Below the pieces are notes generated by a model. That model saw only the letters and a program-made list of their open reading frames with translations. It had not been told where the DNA came from and searched no databases. The translations under genes and the position numbers were made by a program. Of a stretch of 64,000 nt of DNA, positions 11,620-23,269 are shown in pieces; positions within the stretch are counted from its first letter, which is position 1; each line of letters begins with the position of its first letter. Source of the DNA: Fimicolochytrium jonesii (taxonomy: Eukaryota); NCBI RefSeq assembly GCF_025526975.1, contig NW_026515680.1, positions 248,001 to 312,000 of the forward strand. The letters run 5' to 3'.

Positions 11620-12276
11620 ATGACCACCCCCACCCCCTACCCCCCCGCCGACCGCTACAAACACACCTCCACTCCCTCCCTCCTAACCGCCGCCCAAACC
11701 GCCCAATCCCCCATCGCATGGCTGAAGGCTGACCACGACCGCCTCTTCCACCTGATGGACACCTTCTTCATCCTCCCCGCCACCTCCCACGCCCACCGCG
11801 AAGCCCTCGTCGACGAGCTCGTCCGCAGTACCTCCAAACACGCCTCAGCGGAGGAGAGGGTCATCTACCCTCTGATCAGGGACAGGTTGCCGAATGGCGG
11901 GATCGTTTACGAGCGGAACGTGTCGGATGATCAGATCAACAAAGAATATTTGAGCCTCTTGCATAAGATGCGGAGCGAGCGGGATGGCGACCTGTTTGAT
12001 CGGAGCGTGGATAAGTTTCGGATGATTGAGAGGGAGCATTTGAGTATTGAGGAGGAGTTTTTGGATCAGTTGGATGCGTTGTTGAGTGCGGAGGAGAGGC
12101 CAAGCGTTTATAAGGCATTGATTGCGGCGTGGGAGAATGCGCCTGTGTATCCACACCCGGATACGGGGCCGAGCAGGGCCCCGTTTGCGAATGTTGTGCA
12201 TCCGGTTGCGGGGTTGGTTGATAAGGCTTATGATTATGTGAGGGGGGGTAGGCCGGCTGAGAAGTTGGAGGATTAG
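11620..12276 (+). CDS. Hemerythrin/HHE cation-binding domain protein, intronless
   Basis: LKADHDRL, KHASAEERVIYPLI, EHLSIEEEFL and the C-terminal APVYPHP...HPVAGLVDK pattern are typical of HHE proteins. Confidence 0.85.
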   Translation: MTTPTPYPPADRYKHTSTPSLLTAAQTAQSPIAWLKADHDRLFHLMDTFFILPATSHAHREALVDELVRSTSKHASAEERVIYPLIRDRLPNGGIVYERNVSDDQINKEYLSLLHKMRSERDGDLFDRSVDKFRMIEREHLSIEEEFLDQLDALLSAEERPSVYKALIAAWENAPVYPHPDTGPSRAPFANVVHPVAGLVDKAYDYVRGGRPAEKLED

Positions 12277-12639
12277 GGATGGAAGGCTCATGGAGATGGT
12301 GCGGTTTGCACGAGGAGTTTGAGTCGTGTTGCACGGCGAAGATATCGATCTTAGGGGTTGTGAAATACGAAGTGGTATTGAAGTACATAAGATGATAGGC
12401 TTGTGTATGATGTAACGAAATACAAATCTAAGAAACAGTTACGCCTTAACGGAAATGTACAAAGATTTCTACGGTATGTGCAAAGGCAATGCCTTCAAGG
12501 CATGTCACGGGAGTGTACAGATTGGGGTGTGTCTAGTGTATATGCAAAACAGGACGGGGAAATGTAGTGCTAAAAACAAAACTCGTTGGAGAGTGTCAGG
12601 TAAGTTACAGTACTCAATACGCCGTTGTACTCTCAGTTC

Positions 12640-13671
12640 TCAGTTCTTTCCTTGCGGCCAGTCGCACTGAATGAACTTGCCGAACGCACGGCACTCGGTG
12701 CCAGGCGCACAGGGCATGCGGACGGAGGGTTTGTCGGGGAAGCAAACGAGGTAGTCCTTTCCGTCGCACTCCATGAAGCTGCTGCCATTGGAGCAGCCCG
12801 TGGAGTCGGTTGGGGCGGGAGTTGGGGCACGAGTAGGAGTAGTGGGCTCCTTTGAGGGTTCCTTTGTGGTAGTGGGCTTGTCGACGGGGGTTGTGGCGGG
12901 TTTGTCAGGTGTTGAGGTTGTGGGATTTCCGCCCGAAGGTTTGGTGGTAGTGAGCGGAGGCGGGTCAGCGGGAGAAGAACCTCCTGGGGAGATGGTGATG
13001 GACCCGGTCTGACCGTACAGAGCCCTTCCATCATCAGCACCGTTGGTCATTTCCGGAATCTGGGGGAATCCGGGCTGGTTGGCGACCAGCATCTTTGGGC
13101 CGGTGAACGACGACGCCGTGCCACCGTTGATGGTGATGTCAGCGCAGTTCTGGTACAGCTCCCTGTTACCGATGGCGTTCACCCAGCTCCAGGAGAAGAC
13201 CGCTTTCCCAGACGGAAGGTTGTTGGGAAGAGTTACGTCGATGGTCTCGGGACCATTTCGCATGCACTCGCGGATAACCGTTTTCACGGCGGCAAAGTTC
13301 TGCCCATCGAATGAGAGAGAGAACTGGCAGTGGCCACCGCCGTGCGATGCACCTCCTTCGAGCTTGACGGGGATCGTGTCTCCGGGCTTTACCGACAGGG
13401 TACTAGGTCCTGCCGGCTTCCCTTGACAAGGGAATGGTCTACCGGGCCCCAAAGGGCTGTTGATGTCAAAGTCCGGCGTGCCGACGGTGCCCTTGGGGTC
13501 ACCACGAGGGGATGGGCTGGACTAAAACAATCGCGATATCGTTTAGAAAATTGTTGTCAGAGAGACGATTCGAACGAGAACAGTTCAGATGCTTACCATG
13601 TGCATGTGAGCGTGAACTCCAGAGGCGATGGACAAGGCCGACAACAGAAGCGCGGATCGTTGGCTCTTCAT
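12640..13671 (-). CDS. Secreted lytic polysaccharide monooxygenase, AA11-like, with P/T linker and Cys-rich C-terminal module
   Basis: Signal peptide MKSQRSALLLSALSIASGVHA followed by mature His1 (HMHM, intron, SSPSPRG). Motifs FPCQGK, ASHGGGHCQFSLS, FSWSWVNAIGNRELYQNCADI. C-terminal C..ECDGKDYLVC...MPCAPGTEC is CBM19-like. Minus-strand TATAAAAA at 13835-13842. Confidence 0.88.
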
Positions 13672-14429
13672 TTTGGTGGATTATGGAAAAGGTGATATTA
13701 TAGGATAGGGTTTACGGTGGATGACCTTTGACGGAAACGGCGGGAAGAGTGCGGGTTATGTCCTCGGCTAGCCCTTTGACGAGCGGTCTGAAGAAAATGC
13801 CGTATACCCAAGGCATCCCGCAAACGAAGCTCCCTTTTTATACTTTTCTCGATCTCGTCGTTCCACTTGCAAGACTCTTTCCTTCGGCACACTACGACAA
13901 ATAAAGTTGGCATAAACACGCCGCTCAGGAGAGGAGGAGGAGAGACAGAGGGATGGTCTCTTGCTCCCACAACCAAATCCACGGATACGCTTTGGGTTCA
14001 TGCGTTATTATGGCTTGACCAAGGACGGAAGGCCGCTGGATGGTATAGACGATGCAAGACAAGTGTGGGTGGCTCTTTGTGCAGCTGTTGGTGGGAAGCG
14101 GTCGCGCAACGGATATTGCATGCGGAGTTTGGGACGTGTTTCACATGTTGTGGAATTGACGGCCGCGTCGCTCCATGGATCGCTGCTCTCTCCTGGTGCT
14201 GGCTGTCCTCTGTCACACAATCCTCCGTTCTTTATCCAACCTCCCGCTGTTTACCCGCTGTTGTTCATCAGTCATTTGCTTATGCAAATCGACGCGCTCT
14301 GATTGGCTGGAATCGCTCACCAAGGCAGAGTCTGCGGTGGGTGCGCTCGCTGGGGCCGGTCTTGCAAGGCGGTCGTCGCTGGACATTGGGAACGACCCAA
14401 CACTCCGATTCGCCACTAGTCAACTTCTG

Positions 14430-14954
14430 GTGAGTATTGACGTTACTGAAGCTACCGAACATACGACAGGAGCACGAAGGTTCGACCTACGAATGGACGA
14501 GGGAAAAAGAACGGGGCAGATCGAACGAATGGATGGATGGATGGATTGGGGAGAGGATGGGTGGTTGAAAATGGCGAATGACGGACTACATGAGGTTCGA
14601 CATTTGACCTCCTGCGAAAAGATGGAGGATATGCTGAGAAGATCGATGACGCGGAAAGCTTGTGTTGTTGTCGACGCCGCCTAGTTGGACGCCATTCACG
14701 GTCGAATGAGGAAAGGATCATTCCGAACGTATGCCCGAATTCTCGGCACCCGACGGACGGGCAACAACGAACACGACCTGGTCTTGAGAGGCACAGGTGG
14801 CATTGATTTGGCGGCGATTGGCTGGTCGAACATGTGAGAGGGAGGGGACACACGCTCTGGGAATGGGTGCATCACATGCAGCGAGAGAATTGCGGGAGCG
14901 GAGGACGAAGTGCTGTCATGGAAAGGCTTTGCTGACAGACCTCTGTTCCTTCAG
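14430..14954 (+). other. Putative long 5'-UTR intron of RPL9
   Basis: GTGAGT donor at 14430, GCTGAC branch site at about 14931, pyrimidine tract and CAG ending at 14954, 17 nt before the ATG. Confidence 0.55.
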
Positions 14955-14971
14955 GCCGGAAATCAGCAAAG

Positions 14972-15755
14972 ATGAAGTCCATCATCCAGGAGAAGGACAT
15001 TAAGATCCCCGAGGGTGGTAAGTAAAGGAGAGAATGTTTGACGTTTATTCGACAAGACGTCTCACAGCCTGGACTTTCTCCTTACAGTCACTCTCGATGT
15101 GAAGTCCCGCATCGTCCGGGTGAAGGGTCCTCGCGGAACCCTCACCAAGGACCTGAAGCACGTCAACATGGAAATCATCCGTGTTGGTAAGAACAAGATT
15201 CGCATCAAGGTGTGGCACGGTGTCCGCAAGCACATTGCCTGCATCCGTACCGTTGCGTCCCACATCGAGAACATGATCAAGGGTGTTACCAAGGTGGGTT
15301 TCCTTCCATAATTTCCGGGCAGAAAGAGGATGCAGAAGGCTGACGATGTTGACTCTCACTTATTTAGGGATTCGAGTACAAGATGCGCTTTGTGTACGCT
15401 CACTTTCCCATCAACGTCAACGTTGTCAACGACGGAAAGGAAGTTGAGATCCGTAACTTCCTCGGCGAGAAGATTGTTCGTCGTATTCCTATGTTGGGAG
15501 GTGTGAAGATTGAGCACTCCACCGCTCAAAAGGACGAGATCATCCTCACCGGAAACGACCTCGACAACGTCTCCCAATCTGCTGCTTCCATCCAACAATC
15601 TTGCGCTGTCAAGAACAAGGATATTCGTAAGTTCTTGGACGGTATCTACGTGTCGGAGAGGGTAAGTTTTTGTCCCGTTTGTTTGCAATCTTTTACCTAA
15701 GTCTCTCAAAACTCATCGCAAAACAATTTCACAGGGTCTCTTGGTCAAGGATTAA
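14972..15755 (+). CDS. RPL9: 60S ribosomal protein L9 (uL6), four coding exons
   Basis: [15 protein letters not shown]...[14 protein letters not shown]...[21 protein letters not shown]...EIRNFLGEK...[18 protein letters not shown]. Confidence 0.98.
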
Positions 15756-16503
15756 GCGTTTGCATCATATCGTCCGACATCCCCCTGGTCGCGTTGGGTT
15801 GCAGATTTCCGCGCTTCTGTCCAATATATCACTTGACACAAAACAATAAAAAGAAACTCCTGTACATAAGGCGTTGATTTCGCTCAATCTTGTCGGTACC
15901 TTGAGGGGTCATGGTATTTGGAGAGCTTCGGGATTGGGATTGGCTGCTGCGGGGAGAGAATGGATGGATGTTGGTGAAAAGGGAGAGGACTGGTTCAAAA
16001 TGAGCGCCTGATGAACCGCCTTGTTCATTTTGCAAGTGGGAAATCGCCACGAGACACGACATTCTCCACCTTTAACGGTCATGTTAAAAGCGAGGAGGCA
16101 CGAAACAGAGCGAAAGTGGTGGGATCTCTGGATCCTCCGCCAGGACCACGGCGACGGCCGTCTTGACCCTTCATGGGCCGCTTCACATGCAAGCTGTCCA
16201 GTGTCCATCATTTCCAGGGCTGGTGGGCAATAATTTGCCATTGAACGAAGTCTTACTGCGAAGGTGACGTCTGCCACACAGCATAAACAGCTCGAAAAAT
16301 GGTGCGCGTCGGACTGTCCAAATGTCAGAAAGATCCGACCGCCTCTGAAAACGGGTTTTGTCTCAGGTCACTTATGTATGTGTGATATTCCTAACCGCAG
16401 AATAGACTATGTACAAAAAAACAAAAGCAAAATCGCCCCAACTATTTAACCATCACTGTCCACAAAGAACATGCTTCCTCTGGTGACCCTCCAGTCTGTA
16501 TCT

Positions 16504-17112
16504 TCACCCCTCATAAGGCGGCAAAACATCCCCTTCGACAGGAATGACCATATTCACCTCATAATTCCCATCCGAACCCAACTTAGGCCGCTGAACAGTA
16601 GCCCGCACAAACACCCTCTGGTCCGAGCCCGGCGTCCACCCCTCAGGCACCCCCAAAACAATCTCGAACGGCAAAACATAATCCAACGGATCCAGCGAAC
16701 AGTTCACGGGCCCTTTATGCAAATTCCACGCATTCTCCGGCCGCATAATCGCACCCGCCGGGTCCCGCCTCCACAGCACCACCGCACCAACATCCCGGTC
16801 GCGCGAGATGGACTCCGTCGCGGGGCCGTTGACCTCCCGCGGTATGACAGATTGTTCCTTCTCCCGAAGCAGTTTAGCCTCCGCGACGACGAAGTAGGCG
16901 ATGAGGTAGCTTTTGACAAACAGATTCACGGCGCCGGCCACGACCAGCGTGTTGGTTTGGGGGTTGTGCACTGCGTGGACGTTGTTGAGGGTGAATTCTT
17001 TGACGACGCGGCCGAAGGTGGCGTCGTTGTTGGAGACCCAGGCGTTGCGGATGTTGTAGCCGACGTAGCCGCCGGGGGTTTCGCGGGGGGGGATTAGCCC
17101 GAAGAGGGGCAT
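16504..17112 (-). CDS. Uncharacterised intronless protein (about 202 aa), predicted beta-rich, with C-terminal LPPY motif
   Basis: Open frame from ATG 17112 (preceded by AAA) with coding-like composition; ends VLPPYEG. Confidence 0.65.
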   Translation of the reverse strand: MPLFGLIPPRETPGGYVGYNIRNAWVSNNDATFGRVVKEFTLNNVHAVHNPQTNTLVVAGAVNLFVKSYLIAYFVVAEAKLLREKEQSVIPREVNGPATESISRDRDVGAVVLWRRDPAGAIMRPENAWNLHKGPVNCSLDPLDYVLPFEIVLGVPEGWTPGSDQRVFVRATVQRPKLGSDGNYEVNMVIPVEGDVLPPYEG

Positions 17113-18052
17113 TTTTATGGAGGGTTTCGGGGTGAAGCTGGTGTTGAAGGGGGGGTAGGCGAGCGAGTTTGTACGGTACGTGCAGAGTAGGCGGAAACTC
17201 CGACCGGAATGGCCCCTCACGTCAGCGCTTTTTATGCTTTCGTCGCCGTCGACTGAGCCAACATTTATGCCAAGTCGCGCGGCTTGCCTCAATGCCTTTC
17301 GCCTCGCGAATTAAATCACACGCCGGTGTCCATATGTAATGCGAGTTGTTGACGTAGGACTCGAGGGCTGCAGTCATTCAACCGCACGAAATGGCCTTTA
17401 CAAGGTATTTTGCCTCATTGAAAAATGCGAAGCACAGTACGTACTGTACGTGCAGCCAAACCTCAATGGAATGCGATGCGCTAGATGGGTGTTGGGTTTC
17501 CGAGTCCATTGCAAAGACGGATATATGCCAACTTCCGTGGCGGGGCCTTGGCAGCGTTAGGGAGTCTTTCAAACGGCCCATGGTTGAACAGCCAGCGCCC
17601 ACTCTTGATGTATGTATGGTTCCAATTCATGTCGCATACTCCACCTCACTCGCAGTATATCTGTTAAGGCGATCCGCAGGTTGAGCGATGGCCAGTAGGG
17701 CTCTACTTATTTGTTGTCATTGGACGCCGTTCCGGTTGCGGCCGCTGTCAAAAAGCATATTAGGTGCGCCGTATTCGACAGCGCCGGAAATAGAACGCGT
17801 CGACGCATCCCGCGAGGCCGGAACGGTTCCGGGAGGAAGGTGAAACAGCCATGCGGAATCCGCATTTGGGAGCGTAAAACTGCATCCGCAGACCACACCC
17901 GTGATGGCCAGGCTGCCGTTATTGGATGGGCAGGAAAGACGAATATGGCCCTCGTGGACGGTTATAACAGCAGGCTGGGGTGGACATGCCCCAGTCCAGC
18001 CAGCATCATCATCATACGCATACTAAGAGTCGGTAGATCCATAACATTCAAA

Positions 18053-18310
18053 ATGTCGCTGTTATCACGAAGAATCTCCACCTCCACGTCCGCTCGCCTG
18101 AGCTCCTCATTATTGAGACAGATCCGGCACGCCAGCCTTGCCCCAGCGTTCCTCCCGTTCCAAAAACAACCACCATCAGCGGAAGAGCGAGCAAGAGTGG
18201 CGAAAGCAGAGACGCAGGCCGCTTTGGAGGCGTGGAATGTCGCGAGTCGGCAGATGCAGGTTTCAAGAGCGTTGGGCATCAAGCCTGAGGTATGTGTCAG
18301 TTCTTCGTAG
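18053..18310 (+). CDS. Small protein with mitochondrial presequence-like N-terminus; 3' end uncertain
   Basis: AAAATG context. MSLLSRRISTSTSARLSSSLLRQIRHAS is S/R/L-rich and lacks acidic residues. GTATGT donor at 18290 with a possible acceptor at 18363. Confidence 0.45.
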   Translation: MSLLSRRISTSTSARLSSSLLRQIRHASLAPAFLPFQKQPPSAEERARVAKAETQAALEAWNVASRQMQVSRALGIKPEVCVSSS

Positions 18311-18893
18311 AGTGCGGCAGTTGAGGAGGACACTGTCGCTCATCGCTTCTTTGTTCGACGCAGACCTCAAATACCGCTTCGATTCCGTCGCATAAACGTG
18401 CGAACAGCACCACGGTACCAACTAGTTGCCCTATCAAACTCACCGGTCGTCGGTGACAAACAATTAGAACCAGACTTTAGCGATGCGTATTGTAAATAGT
18501 GAACCTTCCATAATCCCGACTTTGAAAGTCAGATCCAGGGAGCCTTTGAAAGTGGGGCAAGCGGAGTGCCCTCGGCGCCAAGTCCCTTCGTTTGTACGTA
18601 ATAGATGTCATTGAAATGAACTCAAACGCGCTTTGATTGTTACACGGAGCGTTGGCGTCCTTATATCCGGTCCCTGCGTGGCTAATCATCCGTTGCGCGA
18701 GATCATCCTTCCCAATCAAAGTCCTGATCAAATCGAGCAAAAACCTCCATGATGCAGTCTTAACTGGAAGCACAAGCCGCTGCAGCACAAAGCGTAAGCC
18801 CCTCGCCCGCCCGCATTCCCACACTTTGCAGAACATCAACATCCCTCACAGACGTCTATCACCGCACACCCCAACCACAAACCACAAACCACA

Positions 18894-19583
<690 letters not shown>

Positions 19584-19999
19584 ATGCAGAAATGCGAAAG
19601 CCTTTTTTTTCAACATCATTACAAAATATCATACGAGAAACTTCTTTGAAATCCCATTTCGTGGATTTTTGTACAGTCGCATGGACTCCCCCCCTTTTAC
19701 TGCGTTCGTTACGTTCGTTCGATTTGCGGATGAGTTTATGTAGCCCCCGTTCTTTGCCGCGTCTTCAACTTCGGCCCATTCTGTACTTTACATCGCAATT
19801 GAGAGTCGTACACGAAGAAAATGCTTCTCGATGTGAGTGTTCCTTCAAGATGCGGGGATAGGCTGCATCAGCGGCATTCAAGGTTTTTGAGCAAAAGATG
19901 ATCGATTTATTCTAATTTTCCGAGACAAAATTGTATTTACAGTATACATGATGGTATGGAGCGTAAGCCACTAAGGCACAATGGAGAGGGAATAGCCTC

Positions 20000-21025
20000 T
20001 CAGAAACCAGCCGCAAAACGGTTGAACGTGCCCCTAACCAGGAAGTTTGGTTCCTCAACTGGGCCATCCTTCCTGTACAGACTCTTGATAGCCGCGCTCT
20101 GCACCCTCATGGCACTGGGTAAAACAGAGCGATCGTTAAGATTCGGCAGCGCCATATTGATGTTGCTCGCCGCCTTCTTGACCTGCCCACCGAACGCATA
20201 CTCGTCGTCGTCATCGTCAGCGCCGTCCTGGCGATTCTTCTTACTCCGTTTCCGCTTTTTGGTCGCAGCGTGCTTGTCATCCCCATCACTCCCGCTGCTC
20301 GTCTTTGCTGCCTCTGCAATTGCGTCCCCGTTCGCATCAATTGCTTTGATATCCAACCCCTCCCCACTCTTACTCTTGTTCTTCGCCTCCTTCTTAGCCT
20401 TCTTTTTCTCCTCAGCAATTTTCGCCCTCGCCTCCTTCATGAACTCCATCCGATCCCGCAGCCCCTGAATGACAGCCTCGTCGGTCGGGTTCACCGGCAC
20501 TACATCGTCGGCCGTATACGGCAAATTACACTTCAGACAGTTGTTGGTCGGAACATTCTTCAGCGCCTGGTCGGCCATCACGCACCCGCACGTCGCCAGG
20601 TAGGAGAATTTCGATTTCCCGTTCATCTCCTTCCCGGTAATGGGACACGCAAACCGCGACGTCATAGGCTTCTCGTCAATATTCCCCAACACCGTCGCCG
20701 AGTTCTTCGACAGATCCGCTTCGGCCGTGTACGACTCGTTCAGGGTCAAATTGAGCGTGGTGACGTCCTTGAACGAGGTAATGTGCTTGCATATCAGGTC
20801 GCCGTCGCCGTACCCGCCGCGGTTGAGGAGGTACTCCAGGACGGCGTCTTTGTTGTAGAGCTTGCCGAGTGCGTCGGCGACGACGGGTTGGGTCAGCGGT
20901 TGTTTGGAAAGGGCGCAGAAGAACCAGTTGACTATGAGTTGCATGCGTGGGTCGGCTCGTTCGGCGGCTTTTTTGACCCGGACGAGTTCGTCTCGCTTGG
21001 GAATGGAGCCGCCATCGCAACCCAT
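20000..21025 (-). CDS. RTF2: Replication termination factor 2 family protein, intronless
   Basis: Signature N-terminus MGCDGGSIPKRDELV; CALSKQPL...LGKLYNKDAVLEYLL; CPITGKEMNG...CGCV RING-like regions. Confidence 0.95.
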   Translation of the reverse strand: MGCDGGSIPKRDELVRVKKAAERADPRMQLIVNWFFCALSKQPLTQPVVADALGKLYNKDAVLEYLLNRGGYGDGDLICKHITSFKDVTTLNLTLNESYTAEADLSKNSATVLGNIDEKPMTSRFACPITGKEMNGKSKFSYLATCGCVMADQALKNVPTNNCLKCNLPYTADDVVPVNPTDEAVIQGLRDRMEFMKEARAKIAEEKKKAKKEAKNKSKSGEGLDIKAIDANGDAIAEAAKTSSGSDGDDKHAATKKRKRSKKNRQDGADDDDDEYAFGGQVKKAASNINMALPNLNDRSVLPSAMRVQSAAIKSLYRKDGPVEEPNFLVRGTFNRFAAGF

Positions 21026-21433
21026 GTTTGATTGAGCTTTGTTGGTGTTTGAGGCGGGAAAGTCGTTCTTGCTATGCCGAGCTGCGAATCGCCAAACTGT
21101 GCCAGTTCAAGTTATGGGGAAGCGGGGAAGAAGGTCTCATTTCAAATTTCTATGAGCCACTGCAGAACACGCTGGACGAAACGCGCTCACGTCACGACGC
21201 AAGTCTCACTCCGCCAGCTACGGCGCCAATCCCAAAAGTCTGACCGATGTGTGAGTAGTATGTACAAGGGAGTTTTCATTGAATACGCCGTCAGAGATTT
21301 GTATATACAAGCCCAACCACTCTAGGTCTAGATATGAATATATACAGGACGACCGAGAGATGGAAAATGGCACCAAAACGATGGATATTTACAGGGATGT
21401 GGGTGAAACAGATGTGTGGGGAGAGTGACTTGT

Positions 21434-23269
21434 TCATTCGGCGTCATCGTCGCAGGGCTGAACGAGATTCTCGGCGACATCGTCGCAGGGCTCCTCCATT
21501 TCACGGGCAGCGAGATCGGCTTGGTCGTCGTCTTCGCACGGGTCGTCGAGATTGTTCTTCTCGGCTTCATCGCAGGGTTCTTCTTGGGCAGCTGGAACCT
21601 CCTGTGCCGTTTCAGTGACGGCCGCCAGCTCGCGTCGGTTGTGTCGACCGCGACGGGTCAGACCGCGGGTAGAGATCGCGGGCTCGGTGTCGAGGCAGGG
21701 AAGCGCCGGGTCGCGTTTGGCTAGTCCTTCTGCATTCGCGACTTGATCTTGTGCGGCTTGAGCTTGGGCTTTCTTTCCTTTAGCGTTCTTCGCGTTCTTC
21801 GCCGCTCCAGCGGCACCGGCTTGCTTTCCCTTGGCCTTTTTGGCGCCCTTCGCTTTCTTGGCTGCACCGGCTGCTTGTGCTGCTTGACCTTCGGCTTGGG
21901 CTGCTTGACCTTCAGCTTGCCCTGCGGCTTGTGCTGCTTGGTTTTCGGCTTGGGCTGCTTTAGCTTGGGCTTTCTTTCCTTTAGCTTTTTTCGCGCCCTT
22001 TGCCTTCTCGGCGGCGCCAGCGGCACCCGCTTTGTTTCCTTTGGCCTGTTTAGCGGCGGCGTTCTTTGCGACAGCGTTGGCACCGGCGTTCTTTCCCTTC
22101 TTGCCCTTCTTGCCTTTGCCCTTCTTCTTTGCGGCGGCGGTGTTTTCAGCTCCTGCAGCTGCTTCGGTTGCCGTGGCGATGTCACCGGCGGCTGCTCCTA
22201 CGGCGGTTTCGACGGCGGGTGCGGCTGCGGCATTGGGGTCGACGGCGACGGCGCCTACACCGGGTTCGCGTGCACCGGGGTTTGTCCCGTCAGCGGCGGC
22301 AGCACCAACAGCGATTTCCGCTGCTGCTGCGGGGGCAGCACCTTGATCAACTGCGGCTGCGGCTGCGTCAGCGGCTTGACCACCAGCTTTCTTTCCCTTC
22401 TTGCCTCTACCCTTTCCGCCCTTGCCCTTCTTTACGACGGCAGTGTCGGCTCCGGCGGCGGCATCGGGGTTGGCGGCGTCAACGGGGGCGGCACCTACAG
22501 CGGTTTCTCCTGCGGGGGCAGCACCTTGATCAACGGCGGGAGCGGCAGTACCTTGATCAACTGCGGGTGCGGCTGTGGCTGCGCCTTGATCAACGGCAGG
22601 TGCGGCTGCGCCAGCACGTTGACCACCGGCATTCTTTCCCTTCTTGCCTCTGCCCTTCTTGCCTTTGCCCTTGCCCTTCTTCGCGACCGCAGTGTTTTCG
22701 GCCGCGGGAGCGGCATCCGTGTTTGTACCTTCTACGGGGGCGGCCCCTACAGCGGTTTCCTGTGCGGGGGCAGCACCTTGATCAACGGCGGGTGCGGCAG
22801 CGCCAGCGTCTTGACCGCCCGAGAGAGGGGTGTCGCATGCGATTTCGAGACCTGGTAGCTCCGCTGGAGGGAGGACGTTGATGGGAGCGGTGGCTGTGAT
22901 GATTCAGATCAAAAGAGATGATGAGACTTGCAAATCCGACTTTCATAGCCCAGGAACGCCTGCAAGAGACAACTCACCCATAGCATCAGCAATCGTCGCT
23001 GCCCCTGGCTGGTTGCCGAAGTTGTCCAGAATCTCTTGCGCCCTTTGTGTGCGCTCACATGGTGCTTTGGCCTTGGCCGCGAGGGTTGCAGACGCAAACT
23101 TGCCAGAGATGTCGAAACAGTTCTGACCTTGGGCGCCTTGTGCTCCACCAAGGGAGCTGCAGAATTCCAGAAGATCTTGCTTCACTTTTGTTGTGCGGGG
23201 GTCCTCCAGTCCTAACACGGCTGGGATGGCCGCCAGGAGGAAGAGGGCGGGGATGGTGGGGTGTATCAT
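21434..23269 (-). CDS. Secreted repetitive Ala/Lys/Gly/Gln-rich protein (about 583 aa)
   Basis: Exon 1 (23269-22978) encodes signal peptide MIHPTIPALFLLAAIPAVLG and a small Cys-containing domain. GTGAGT..CAG intron. Exon 2 (22893-21434) is an uninterrupted frame of AAPAVDQG repeats, KKGKGKGKKG tracts, AAQAEGQ repeats and an acidic PCD/PCE tail. Confidence 0.8.

Noticed and set aside
18873..18893. (AACCACA)3 immediately before the calmodulin ATG
   Set aside because: Ordinary A/C-rich 5'-UTR microrepeat.
21743..22881. Cys/Gly-rich 371-aa and Arg-rich 271-aa + strand ORFs
   Set aside because: Shadows of the minus-strand secreted repeat protein, which has a signal peptide, a canonical intron and an in-frame stop.
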